A stretch of 64,000 bases of DNA, from contig NW_027254589.1 in the NCBI RefSeq assembly GCF_044704955.1, forward strand, positions 62,001 through 126,000, given 5' to 3'. The notes beneath the pieces were generated by a model. That model was given only the letters and a program-made list of their open reading frames with translations, was not told the origin of the DNA and ran no database searches. The DNA is from Pristiophorus japonicus (lineage: Eukaryota). Shown one piece after another: positions 50,458 through 62,699 of this stretch. Both the position numbers and the translations under genes were made by a program. Every line of letters begins with the position of its first letter. Position 1 is the first letter of the stretch.

Positions 50458-53438
50458 TGTTATGTATGCAACCTTAGGTAACCTGTATCATACCGCCACC
50501 AGAGGGCATATCTGGTGGAGTCCCAAGGGATGCTGGGATCCCTTGGGAGCACTGTATATAAGCAGGCCTCCCATGCTGTATCAGCACTCTGGAGTTTGAA
50601 TAAAGGAGCTAAGATCACACTTACTCATGTCTACAGTACTCAGTTAAATTTCCTTATTCTGAACATAATAACTGCCGACGAGATAATGAACATTCACGCG
50701 AAAATGCAGAGAACTGTTGCTATCCTGGAGAAATTCTCAGAAGGGAACGATTGGGAGGCCTTCGTGGAGCGACTCGACCAATACTTCGTAGCCAACGAGC
50801 TGGAAGGGGATGAAAACGCTGCCAAATGAAGGGCGATCCTCCTCACCGTGTATGGGGCAACAATCTATGGTCTCATGAAGAATCTTCTAGCTCCGGTGAA
50901 ACCAACAACCAAATCCTATGAAGAACTGTGTACGCTGGTCCGGGGGCACCTAGATCCGAAGGAAAGCGTTCTGATGGTAAGGTGTCAACGGTCTGAAGGC
51001 CAAGAAGTGGTGAGCTACGTCGCCAAACTAAGGTGCCTTGCAGGACATTGCGAATTCGATGGATTCTTTGAGCAAATGCTAATGACTTCTTTGTGCTTGA
51101 CATTGGCCATGAGGTTATCCTTCGCAAACTGTTGAAACACCGAACCTGAGCAAAGCCATAACGATAGCCCGGGCATTTATGTCCACCAGCGATAACACCA
51201 ACAAATTTCACAGCATAAAGAGATTTCGGCAAGTACTATACACAAAGTAACGTTGTTTTCAGGCAGGAATGTGCATGGCAGAACGTACACGCCTGCAGCT
51301 GCACAACCTCAGATGACCCAGAGTCTGCCATCAAACGTTGTTGGGGGTGCGGAGGTGATCATCGAGCCCATCAATGCCGCTTCAAACACTATGTGTGCAA
51401 AGGCTGTGGAACAATGGGACACCTCCAACGAATGTGCCAACGAGCTACAAACCCTGCAAACCACCACGTTGCAGAGGAGGATCGATCCACGGCGGATCAG
51501 TCTGAACTAGAGATTCGAACCGAAGAGGCAGAAGTGTATGGACGACACACCTTCATCACGAAATGTCCACCGATCATGTTAAAAGTCAAACTGGAGGGAA
51601 TTCCTGTATCCATGGAACTGGACACAGGTGCGAGTCAGTCTATCATGAGCAAAAAGGCCTTCGACAGGATCATATCACTATTCTCAGAGAGCAAAGGGAT
51701 TAATATCAATGCCTCTGCCTGCATCCAAAAATGGGAACTTACACTGTCTGCATATAACTTTGTAATCCGCCACAGACCAGGCACAGAGAACTGCGCTGAT
51801 GCTCTCAGTCGGCTCCTATTGCCCACCACCGGGGTGGAAATGGCACAGCCTGCAGACTTGCTCTTGGTGATGGATGCATTTGAAAATGAAAAGTCACCAG
51901 TTACGGCCCACTAAATCAGGATCTCGACCAGCCAGGATCCTTTAATGTCCCTTGTAAAATAACTGTGTCCTCCATGGGAGCTGGTCCAGTGTTCCAACGG
52001 AGATGCATGAAAAGACCATGCCATTCCAGCGGTGCAAAGACGAAATATCCATTCAGACAGACTGTATTTTGTGGGGTAATTGTGTGGTTTTGCCTAAGAC
52101 AGGCAGGGAAACATTCATACGTGACCTACACAGTATCCACCCAGGCATAGAAATGATGAAAGCTATAGCCAGATCCCATGTGTGATGGCCTGGCATCAGC
52201 TCAGATTTGGCATCATGCGTGTGCCAATGCAACACTTGCTCTCAACTGAGCAATGCACCCAGGGAGGCACCGCTAAGTTTGTCGTCATAGCCCTCCGAAC
52301 CGTGGTCTAGGATCCACATTGACTTTGCGGGCCCGTTTCTAGGCAAATGTTTTTGGTTGTTGTGGATGCTTATTCAAAATGGATTGAGTGTGTATTAATG
52401 TCTGTAAGCACGCCCACTGCCACCATCGAAAGCCTACGAACCATTTTTGCCTGATGTCCTTGTCAGCAACAATGAGCCTTGCTTCAGCTTCACCAGTGCT
52501 GAATTCAAGGAATTCATGATCTGCAATGGGATCAAGCACGTCACATCTGCCCTGTTCAAGCCCGCATTCAACGGCCAGGCAGAACGGGCAGTCCAAACCA
52601 TTAAGCAAAGCTTGAAACGTGGGTCCCTGCAGACCCGCCTGTCCCGAGTCCTGCTCAGCTACCGCACCAGACCCCACTCGCTCATGAAAAGGGCGCTCAA
52701 AACAAGGCTCTCTCTAGTCCACCCTGATCTCCATGATCACGTCGAGGGCAGGTGGCAGCGACAAAGCATGTATCATGATCGCGCAAACTTGTCATGCGAT
52801 ATTGAAGTCAATGACCCTGTATTTGTACTCAACTATGGACATGGTCCCAAATGGCTTGCTGGCATCGTCATAGCCAAAGAAGGGAGTCGGGTGTTTCAGG
52901 TCAAACTTGCCAATGGACTACCTTGCAGAAAGCATTTGGACTAAACCAAACTGCGATTCACAGCCAGCCACGAGCAACCCGAAGAGGACACCACCAACTT
53001 CGACCCTCCAACACACACACAAGTGGCAACTGACATCAAGGTTGACCACAAAGCTGAACTCACCATCCCCAGCAGACCGGCAAGGCAAGCTGCCCTGCAG
53101 CCCAGCAAGGAACCAACCAACTCACCCACACCTGCATTTGTATCGAGACGATAGACAAGGGAGCGAAAATCCGCAGATCGTCTCACCCTGTAAATACGTG
53201 TACTATTGACTTTGTGAGGGAGTGATGTTATGTATACAACCCGAGGTAACTTGTATCATACCGCCACCAGAGGGCATATCTGTTGGAGTCCCAAGGGATC
53301 CCAGCATCCCTTGGGAGCACTGTATATAAGCAGGCCTTCCATGCTGTACCAGCACTCTGGAGTTTGAATAAAGGAGCTAAGGTCACACTTACTCATGTCT
53401 ACAGTAATCAGTTACATTACCTTATTATGAACATAACA
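50458..53438 (+). mobile_element. Gypsy LTR retrotransposon lacking RT
   Basis: 213-bp LTRs at 50458-50670 and 53226-53438 with a perfect 5-bp TSD (GTAAA). Gag, then protease fused directly to the end of RNase H, then integrase. Confidence 0.95.
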
Positions 53439-53480
53439 GTAAATGCTTTTAATGTTAAATAAATGATATTAAAAAAAATA

Positions 53481-53912
53481 TGGGTAGCACTCTCGTCTTT
53501 GAGTCAGAAGGTTGTGGGTTCAAGTCCCACTTCAGAGACTTGAGCACAAAAATGTCTAGGCTGACAGTCCATGCAGTGCTGAGGGAGTGCTGCACTGTCA
53601 GAGGTGCCGTTTTTCAGATGAGACTTTAAACTGAGGTCCCGTCTGCTCTCTCAAATGGATGTAAAAGATCCCAGGACACTATTTTGAAGACAGAGGAGTT
53701 ATTCTCAGTGCCTTGGCCAATATTTATACCTCAATCAACAAAACAAAAAAAAAGATTATCTGGTTATTATCACATTGCTGTTCGTGGGAGCATGCTGTGC
53801 GCAAATTGGCTGCCGCGTTTCTTACATTACAACAGTGACTGCACTCCAAAAGTATCTCATTGGCTGTAAAGCACTTTGAGACATCCAGTGGTCATAAAAG
53901 GCATGATATAAA
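53481..53912 (+). mobile_element. tRNA-derived SINE whose 5' end lies at 42095-42122
   Basis: B box ggttcaagtccc, core gtgctgagggagtgctgcactgtc, and a 3' tail. Confidence 0.88.
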
Positions 53913-53919
53913 TCCAACT

Positions 53920-54835
53920 TGAATTTTTTGAGAATGTTTCCAGTAGAGTGGACAAGAGAGAACCAGTTGATGTGGTGTATTTGGACTTTCAGAAGGCTTT
54001 CGACAAGGTCCCACACAAGAGATTAATGTGCAAAGTTAAAGCACATGGGATTGGGGATAGTGTGCAGACGTGGATTGAGAACTGGTTGTCAGACAGGAAG
54101 CAAAGAGTAGGAGTAAATGGGTACTTTTCAGAATGGCAGACAGTGACTACAAGCTTCTGTGCTGGGGCCCCAGCTGTTTACATTGTACATTAATGATTTA
54201 GACGAGGGGATTAAATGTAGTATCTCCAAATTTGCGGATGACACTAAGTTGGATGGCAGTGTGAGCTGCGAGGAGGATGCTATGAGGCTGTAGAGTGACT
54301 TGGATAGGTTAGGTGAGTGGGCAAATGCATGGCAGATGAAGTATAATGTGGATAAATGTGAGGTTATCCACTTTGGTGGTAAAAACAGAGAGACAGACTA
54401 TTATCTGAATGGTGACAGATAAGGAAAAGGGGAGGTGCAACGAGACTTGGGTGTCATGGTACATCAGTCATTGAAGGTTGGCATGCAGGTACAGCAGGCG
54501 GTTGAGAAAGCAAATGGCATGTTGGCCTTCACAGCGAGGGGATTTGAGTACAGGGGCAGGGAGGTGTTACTACAGTTGTACAGGGCCTTGGTGAGGCCAC
54601 ACCTGGAGTATTGTGCACAGTTTTGGTCTCCTAACTTGAGGAAGGACATTCTTGCTATTGAGGGAGTGCAGCAAAGGTTCACCAGACTGATTCCCGGGAT
54701 GGCGGGACTGACCTATCAAGAAAGCAGGAATGGGGTACTGTAGTTGCATGTTCAGCCATGAACTCATTGAATGGCGCTGCAGGCTCGAAGGGCCGAATGG
54801 CCTACTCCTGCTCCTAGTTTCTATGTTTCTATGTT
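53920..54835 (+). mobile_element. CR1 RT and 3' end, internally deleted
   Basis: ORFs 53948..54193 and 54435..54743; tail ttctatgtttctatg. Confidence 0.92.
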
Positions 54836-54899
54836 TCAACTTTTTCTTTCTTTACCACTTCCCACCCTGCCATAGTATCCCTCGATCCCTTCTCCCTCA

Positions 54900-55340
54900 T
54901 GGATGCACCAAGCCACCAGCTTCAACTGCTCCGTGTGGCATCGAGTTCCACATTCTCACCACTCTCTGTAAACAGATCCCTCCTAAATTCTTGATTTGAT
55001 CTGTTAGTGACTATCTTACCTATTTATGTCCCTTTATTCTAAACTCACTCACAGGTGGAAACAATCTCTCCACACCCACCCTATCGAAACCTTCATGGTT
55101 TTAAAGACCTCAATCAGGTGTCTTTTGCAGAGAAAAGAGTCGCTGGCTGCTCAATCTTTCCCAAAAGTTGCATCCTCTCAATTTTGATAAGGTGCTTTTA
55201 AATCTTTCCTGCACTTTCTCCAGTGCTTCAATATCCTTTTGTAGTATGGAGACCAGAACCGCTACAATAGTTCCAAGTGTGGTCTAAGCAAGGTTCTGCG
55301 CGAATTTAACAAAACCTTCCAACTTTTTAAAATTTTATTT
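54900..55340 (-). mobile_element. Old CR1 3' fragment
   Basis: gagttccacattctcaccactctctg...gagaccagaac, similar to 1-213. Confidence 0.7.
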
Positions 55341-55711
55341 TTACAAATGAACCCTCGTACTTTGTTTGCACTCTTGATGCCCTGATCAAATTGTGTTTAG
55401 AGATTTGTGTATCTATTCCCAGATCTCTGTGGGCCGAAAAAAGGCAAAATGGTCCCTTCTGATCTCTCGAGAATGCTAACTTGTCACATGGTCCTATTTC
55501 AGTTAGAATAATCCCAGTGTTTCTGCCCCTTCTTTACAGCGTTGAAACATTTAGCCCTCTTTGATACTCAGTTTTAAATGTACTTTGCTCTAATTTCTGT
55601 TTGTATCCTCTGGCCCCAGTTTGCTGGCTTACTTTGAAGCAATAATCTAAATAGCAGCAAGAGAAGGGGAAGTATCAGGAACCCACAGCTACCAGCGTAA
55701 GGAACCAATAA

Positions 55712-56010
55712 CGAAAGAAAGACTTGCATTTCTACCGACCTTTCACAACCGCAGGACTTCCTAACACGCTTTACAGACAATGAAGTAATTTTGAAGTGTA
55801 GTCACTGTTGTAACATAGGAAACGCAGCAACCAATATGCACACAGCAAGATCCCACTAGCAGCATGCGATAATGACCAGACAATCAGTTTTAGTCATGTT
55901 GGTTGAGAGATAAATCTTAGCCAGGACTCTGGGGAGAACTGCACTGTTCTTTGATTAGTGCCGTAGGATCTTTTACATCCACCTGAGAGGGAAGACAAGG
56001 CCTCGGTTAA
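55712..56010 (-). mobile_element. SINE 3' portion; the head resumes at about 59119-59255
   Basis: Tail aaagaaagacttgcatttc. The SINE continues after the CR1 with core and B box (ggacttgaactcacaaccttc). Confidence 0.8.
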
Positions 56011-59000
56011 TAGAAACCTAGAAACATAGAAAATAGGCAGGAGTAGGTCATTCGGCCCTTCGAGCCTACACCACCATTCAATGAGTTCATGGCTGAACAT
56101 GCAACTTCAGTACCCCATTCCTGCTTTCTCGCTATACCCCTTGATCCCCCCAGTAGTAAGGACGACATCTAACTCCTTTTTGAATATTTTTTTCGTGAAT
56201 TGGTCTCAACAACTTTCTGTAGTAGTGAATTCCACAGGTTCACCACTCTCTGGGTGAAGAAGTTTCTCCTCATCTCGGTCCTAAATGGCTTACCCCTTAT
56301 CCTTAGACTGTGACCCCTGGTTCTAGACTTCCCCAACATCGGGAACATTCTTCCTGCATCTAACCTGTCTAAACCCGTCAGAATTTTAAACGTTTCTATG
56401 AGATCCCCTCTCATTCTTCTGAACTCCAGTGAATACAAGCCCAGTTGATCCAGTCTTTCTTGATATCCCGGGAATCAGTCTGTTGAACCTTCGCTGCACT
56501 CCCTCATTAGCAAGAATGTCCTTCCTCAAGATAGGAGACCAAAACTGTACACAATACTCCAGGTGTGGCCTCACCAAGGCCCTGTACAACTGTAGTAACA
56601 CCTCCCTGCCCCTGTACTCAAATCCTCTCGCTATGAAGGCCAACATGCCATTTGCTTTCTTAACCGCCTGCTGTACCAGCATGCCAACCTTCAATGACTG
56701 ATGTACCATGACACCCAGGTCTCGTTGCACCGCCCCTTTTCCTAATCTGCCACCATTCAGATAATAGTCTGTCTCTCTGTTTTTACCACCAAAGTGGATA
56801 ATCTCACATTTATCCACATTATATTTCATCTGCCATGCATTTTCCCACTCACCTAACCTATCCAAGTCACTCTGCAGCCTAATAGCATCCTCCTCGCAGC
56901 TCACACTGCCACCCAACTTAGTGTCATCCGCAAATTTGGAGATACTACATTTAATCCCCTCGTCTAAATCATTAATGTACAATGTAAACAGCTGGGGCCC
57001 CAGCACAGAACCTTGCGGTACTCCACTAGTCACTGCCTGTCATTCTGAAAAGTACCCATTTACTCCTACTCTTTGCTTCCTATCTGCCAACCAGTTCTCA
57101 ATCCACGTCAACACACTACCCCCAATCCCATGTGCTTTAACTTTGCACATTAATCTCTTGTGTGGGACCTTGTCGAAAGCCTTCTGAAAGTCCAGATACA
57201 CCACATCAACTGGTTCTCCCTTGTGTATTGGAAACATCCTCAAAAAATTCCAGAAGATTTGTCAAGCATGATTTCCCTTTCACAAATCCATGCTGACTTG
57301 GACCTATCATGTCATCTCTTTCCAAATGCGCTGCTATGACATCCTTAATAATTGATTCCATCATTTTACCCACTACCGATGTCAGGCTGACCGGTCTATA
57401 ATTCCCTGTTTTCTCTCTCCCTCCTTTTTTAAAAAGTGGGGTTACATTGGTTCCCCTCCACTCCATAGGAACTGATCCAGACTCTATGGAATGTTGGAAA
57501 ATGGCTGTCAATGCATCCGCTATTTCCAAGTACTCTGGGATGCAGACCATCAGGCCCTGGGGATTTATCAGCCTTCAATCCCATCAATTTCTCCAACACA
57601 ATTTCCTGACGAATAAGGATTTCCATCAGTTCCTCCTTCTTACTAGACCCTCTGACCCCTTTTATATCATGAAGGTTGTTTGTGTCCTCCTTAGTGAATA
57701 CCGAACCAAAGTACTTGTTCAATTGGTCTGCCATTTCTTTGTTCCCCGTTATGACTTCCCCTGATTCTGACTGCAGGGGACCTACGTTGTCTTTACTAAC
57801 CTTTTTCTCTTTACATATCTATCGAAGCTTTTGCAGTCCGTCTTAATATTCCCTGCAAGCTTCCTCTTGTACTCTATTTTCCCTGCCCTAATCAAACCCT
57901 TTGTCCTCCTCTGCTGAGTTCTAAATTTCTCCCAGGCCCCGGGTTCGCTGCTATTTATGGCCAATTTGTATGCCACTTCCTTGGCTTTAATACTATCCCT
58001 GATTTCCCTTGATAGCCACGGTTTGAGCCACCTTTCCTTTTTTATTTTTACGCCAGACAGGAATGTACAATTGTTGTAGTTTATCCATGCGGTCTCTAAA
58101 TGTCTGTCATTGCCCATCCACAGTCAACCCCTTCAGTATCATTCGCCAATCTATCCTAGCCAATTCACGTCTCATACCTTCAAAGTTACCCTTCTTTAAG
58201 TTCTGGACCATGGTCTCTGAATTAACTGTTTCATTCTCCATCCTAATGCAGAATTCCATTATATTATGGTCAGTCTTCCCCAAGGGGCCTCACACAACGA
58301 GATTGCTAATTAATCCTCTCTCATTACACAACACCCAGTCTAAGATGGCCTCCCCCCTAGTTGGTTCCTCAACATATTGGTCTCGAAAACCATCCCTTAT
58401 GCACTCCAGGAAATCCTCCTCCACCGTATTGCTTCCAGTTTGGTTAAGCCAATCTATATGCATATTAAAGTCACCCAAGATAACTGCTGCACCTTTATTG
58501 CATGCACCCCTAATTTCCTGTTTGATGCCCTCCCCAACATCACTACTACTGTTGGAGGTCTGTACACACCTCCCATTAACATTTTTTGCCCTTTGGTGTT
58601 CTGCAGCTCTACCCATATAGATTCCACATCATCCAAGCTAATGTCCTTCCTAACTATTGCATTAATCTCCTCTTTAACCAGCAATGCTACCCCACCTACT
58701 TTTCCTTTTATTCTATCCTTCCTGAATGTTGAATACCCTTGGATGTTGAGTTCCCAGCCCTGATGATCCTGGAGCCACGTCTCTGTAATCCCAATCACAT
58801 CATATCTGTTAACATCTATTTGCACAGTTAATTCGTCCACCTTATTACGGATACTCCTTACATTAAGACACAAAGCCTTCAGGCTTGTTTTTTTAACACC
58901 CTTTGTCCTTTTAGAATTATGATGTAGTGTGGCCCTTTTTGTTTCTTGCCTTTGTTTACTCGGCCTTCCACTATTGCTTTTTACCTTTCTACCATCTGTT

Positions 59001-59118
59001 TCTGACTCCATATTACTTCGCCCTTTCTCGCTGCAAAGGTTCCCATCCCCTTGCCATATTAGTTTAAACACTCCTGAACTGCATTAGCAAATGTTACCCC
59101 CAGGACGTCAGTTCCAGT
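56011..59118 (-). mobile_element. Young CR1 LINE (end of ORF1, endonuclease, RT, 3'UTR)
   Basis: LCLNVRSIRNK, GITETWL, YRPP, LGDFN, NYRPVSLTS, GVPQGSVLGP and KFADDTK, with several small deletions. Confidence 0.95.
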
Positions 59119-59786
59119 GTCATCTGAATGATGGCACCTCCAACACCGCAGCACTCCTTCAGTACTGCACTGGAGTGCAGTGTTGAGGTGTGCGGAGCGG
59201 GACTTGAACTCACAACCTTCTGATCTGGAGGTGAGAGAGTGACCCACTGAACCACACCTGACCAGCCTTGTTCTCCCGGCCCCACGTCCACCTTCGAAGA
59301 AGCTGGTACTCCTGGCCTCACTTTGTCTGGTCCACTGGTTCCGGCCGCCTGTGGTATGCCTGGTGAGTGAGAGGCTGGGAATGCCGGAATTCTCAGTGTT
59401 GGGAGTCCCTCGCTTCACCACCTCCTACGTCGCTGGCCTGTTTGGGCCGGGCAGAGGCCTCACCCCTTACCAGACCCAGCAGATTCACCAACGTAAGGGC
59501 AGGACCTGGGTATCCAGGGCCCAGGCCCAACTTGTGGCCTTTTTACCAAAGGTCCACCGGAGTTACTGCAGGAATGTGCCAGAAGGGATGCAGATTTTCA
59601 GCTCCAATGAGCGGATTTCTCAAATGTTCCATTTCTAGTGATATTTTAAGAACATTTGAAAATTCTGGACAGGAATAGACCCACCGGTCCACTCAGCCTG
59701 GCCCATACTGTGCTTCTCGACTTGAACGGGAAACACTGCATTCAAAAGCGATTATTACAAACTAGTTTCGCTGCTTGTTTGTAAAT

Positions 59787-60230
59787 GTCAGCTGTGGCTC
59801 AGTGGCTCGCTCTCTCACCTCTGAGTCAGAATGTTGTGGGTTCAAGTCCCACTCCAGGAACTTGAGAACATAGATCTAGGCTGACACTCTAGTGTAGTGC
59901 TGAGGGAGTGCTGCACTGTCAGAGGTGCTGTCTTTCAGATGAGACAAACCGAGACAAACCGTCTGCTCTCTCAGGTGGATGTATAAGCTCCCATGGCGGC
60001 ATTTCAAATAAGAGCAGGGAAGTTATCCCCAGTGTCCTGGCCAATATTTAGCCCTCAATCAGCATAATAAAAACAGATTATCTGGTCATTATCACATTGC
60101 TGTTTGTGGGAGCTTGCTGTGCACAAATTGATGCCGCATTTCCTACAACACAGCAGTGCCTCCACTCCAAAAGTACTTCATTGGTTGTAAAGCGCTTTGA
60201 GATGTCTGGTAGTCGTGAAAGTCGCTATAT
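59787..60230 (+). mobile_element. Full-length tRNA-derived SINE (HE1-like)
   Basis: A box tggctcagtgg, B box ggttcaagtccc, core and tail. Confidence 0.9.
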
Positions 60231-61049
60231 AACTAGTTTGTACCAATCTCTTTTGAATGCAGTGTTTCTTTTTCTTTAAGTGTGAATATGTTTTTCCAGA
60301 GGACAGCCCACTTGCTCTTGTTATTCGTTCCTCTTTATGTGGTTTGTACTTGAGCTGTGAGAACCCTGTAAGGAAGTTCAGTGACAATCAGCTATCTCTG
60401 AAACATCGACGGTAACATATTATACAGTGTGTGAATGAACAGGAATTTCATCTTTTAAAAATAATTAATTTGAAATGTTTGGCCCGAGGCTCACAGCCGT
60501 GACTCTGACCCTCTGTGTCGCAGTGGGTAAGTAAATGCCCAGAGTGGGGTCACCCAACCTGGGTTTGGTTTCATATGATCACATTTCTGAGTTTGATTTC
60601 GCGATTGTGGCCGGGTGGTGTGAGTCGGGTATTTTGCAGTCAGATATTTATGTTTAAGAATTGAGATATGTTGGGATTTCTCATGGTTCAGTGGACAAAT
60701 ACCCGGTAAGATGTGACACTGAGCCACACTGCCCAGTTATCCCACTCCTGGTCTGTGTGTGTGACTGCTGGGGTGTGGAGACCAATAGGATCAACTGCTC
60801 TTCCAGGCTGAGAAGCCATCCACGATGTATTGTTCAGATTCACTTGTGAAGAACAGGCGTTGGGTGAGCTATCAGTAGGCTGGCCCCTCCTGTGAGGTAA
60901 GAGACAGTATTATACTAAAAGCAGAGGCTGACACAAATGCAAGGCAACGTGGAAATAAAGCAACAAAGGGATACAAAGAAAGTAAGATCTGCATAAAGGA
61001 ATACAGAAAAAAAATACTGGTGATGACTATCAAAGCGAACAGCAGAAGT

Positions 61050-62682
61050 TGTAAGGGGTGGTTTTCAGGGGGGGTCAGCTTTCCCTTCTGACCTTATATG
61101 AGTGGTTCCGAATCGCTCCCACACCCTTGGTTCTCGACTCTGGAATTATGAAGGGACTGTGACAGACTTGGACAGACCATCGGTTTCAAGGTAGGAAGCA
61201 GGTATGGCTTTATTGTGTTTAAAAGGAAGTAAAAGACACATCTTTAATAACACACAATACCAATACACACTGAGGGGTACAACACATTGAATAAATTGTC
61301 AACATACAGCCTGTGAGAAAAAGAATACAGCTTAAATGCTAAATGGGGTAAAGAGGAGAATGAAGATACATTTACTCAAGTTATCCCAGCCTCCCCCTCC
61401 GAATTCCCCTAACTAAGTTATAGCTCTGGGGATTCAGGGGCTATGCTCACCAATGCCTTTTGACAGTTGCCAGTAAATCGCGGTTTCGGGGTTCACTGCA
61501 CATGGCCTTCAAGGCGAGCCGTACCCCGGACGGGAGAGAGGACTTCGGACTGCGTAGTCTTCAGTTGGGGTGAGTCCGTTGAGCGGTAAGTTGTGTTTTG
61601 GATGTATGGGGTAAGTACCCACTTTCTTTGGTTCGGAATAGTTTTAGTTATTCCTTTTAGGTAATTTCTCACCCGTTGGTCATTCAGAATTAAATTGTAG
61701 AGTGGGAATAAATGTTGATTCTTCGGTTTTTGCTGAGTTGGTTTTGGTTGGTTATTTCGCTGGTTGTGGTGGCCTGGGTTGTCAATTTGGTTGTTGACAA
61801 CTTTCTGTTTCGTGGGCCTCTTGCTGTTGACCCGCTCGGTCTATTCTTGATGATTTCTTGCAGTTTTCTCCACTACTCCATTTCTTCACTCCCTACCTCC
61901 GGCTGCTGATGTTTTTCCTTGTAAAACTGGGAATAGATATACCCCCAAAAGGCTTCCTTATCTCCCACCAAATCTGGCCCAGCTCTTTGTTTCAAGGGAG
62001 CTGCTCATTAGTTTTGAGCTCTCTTCTTTGTCAGAATTTGTCGGGCTCGTTCAGCAGTAATTTGATTATGATGTGTTAATGTGGAAAATCACCGGTTGGC
62101 ATTGTTGAAGCAGTGTTTAAACTCTTGGGCCGTTGGGCTGGGCCCGTGATTTCTATAGGTCTATTTGCATACCACTAATGGTCTCTGGTGATTAGCCTGA
62201 TAGCTCTTGGTGCGTTTATTGTCACTAGGGAGCAAATTTTTATGTCTCACAGTTCTTGTTAGTTATCAATCAACTCATTCTCCCAGATAGATTGAATTCG
62301 CTCCAATACCCAATTCCTGAGTGAAGTCCCATCCTCTGTTCTGGCAGCCTGTTGCAAAAATGTTCCTTTAGAGATCTTAAACTGTAAAGCTCTTAGGTAT
62401 CTTCCTCAGAGTATTTCCTAGGATACCAAAATGTTCTTCTAGTTCCAAATTAAATTCCCTTTCCTATGAGTCCAAACACTGGTGGGGTGTGGGGGGGGGG
62501 GGGGGGGGGGTGGCTCCATGAATGCATCCCCTTTTTTTTTCCCCCTGCATGCCTCGTCTGCCCCTTTAAACTCATTTGTGTCCCAAAGTTTTTCCTTCCA
62601 TTTTAAAAGTCCAGAAAGGAATTTTTCTTCTTTGCAGGGGAAAGGTACAAGGAATCTTTGCGAAATATTGGTGAATTCTACA
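61050..62682 (-). mobile_element. Long (1633 bp) solo LTR of unknown family
   Basis: TGTA...TACA termini with a 4-bp TSD (AAGT at 61046-61049 and 62683-62686). Minus-strand AATAAA near 61210. No recognisable coding motif. Confidence 0.7.
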
Positions 62683-62699
62683 AAGTTATCAACAACCAT

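Larger units (their letters stand above)
42123..53480 (+). mobile_element. L1-clade Tx1-type LINE with nested insertions; ORF1 from 42269
   Basis: ORF1 contains VVVSFLNL...GTRYVKIRFP...HGNQVKICCYCLGHDHLGRSC (CX2CX4HX4C, with two further degenerate knuckles). AATAAA at 53458 and an A tail at 53471-53478. 14-bp TSD tgggtagcactctc at 42109-42122 and 53481-53494. ORF2 is largely missing. Confidence 0.8.

Noticed and set aside
55633-55730. Hydrophobic stretch GFLILPLLLLLFRLLLQ with a phase-1 GTAAGC donor as a leader exon
   Set aside because: The nearest in-frame ATG lies in a SINE tail and the site is 44 kb from V1. Not excluded, but unsupported.
15870-57187. Recurrent MSSANLE... ORFs (15870, 29042, 50035, 56921) as a gene family
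   Set aside because: They are antisense frames of CR1 RT.
59787-59860. tRNA gene (also 1571, 42095, 53481)
   Set aside because: The A and B boxes continue into SINE core and tail, so these are SINE heads.
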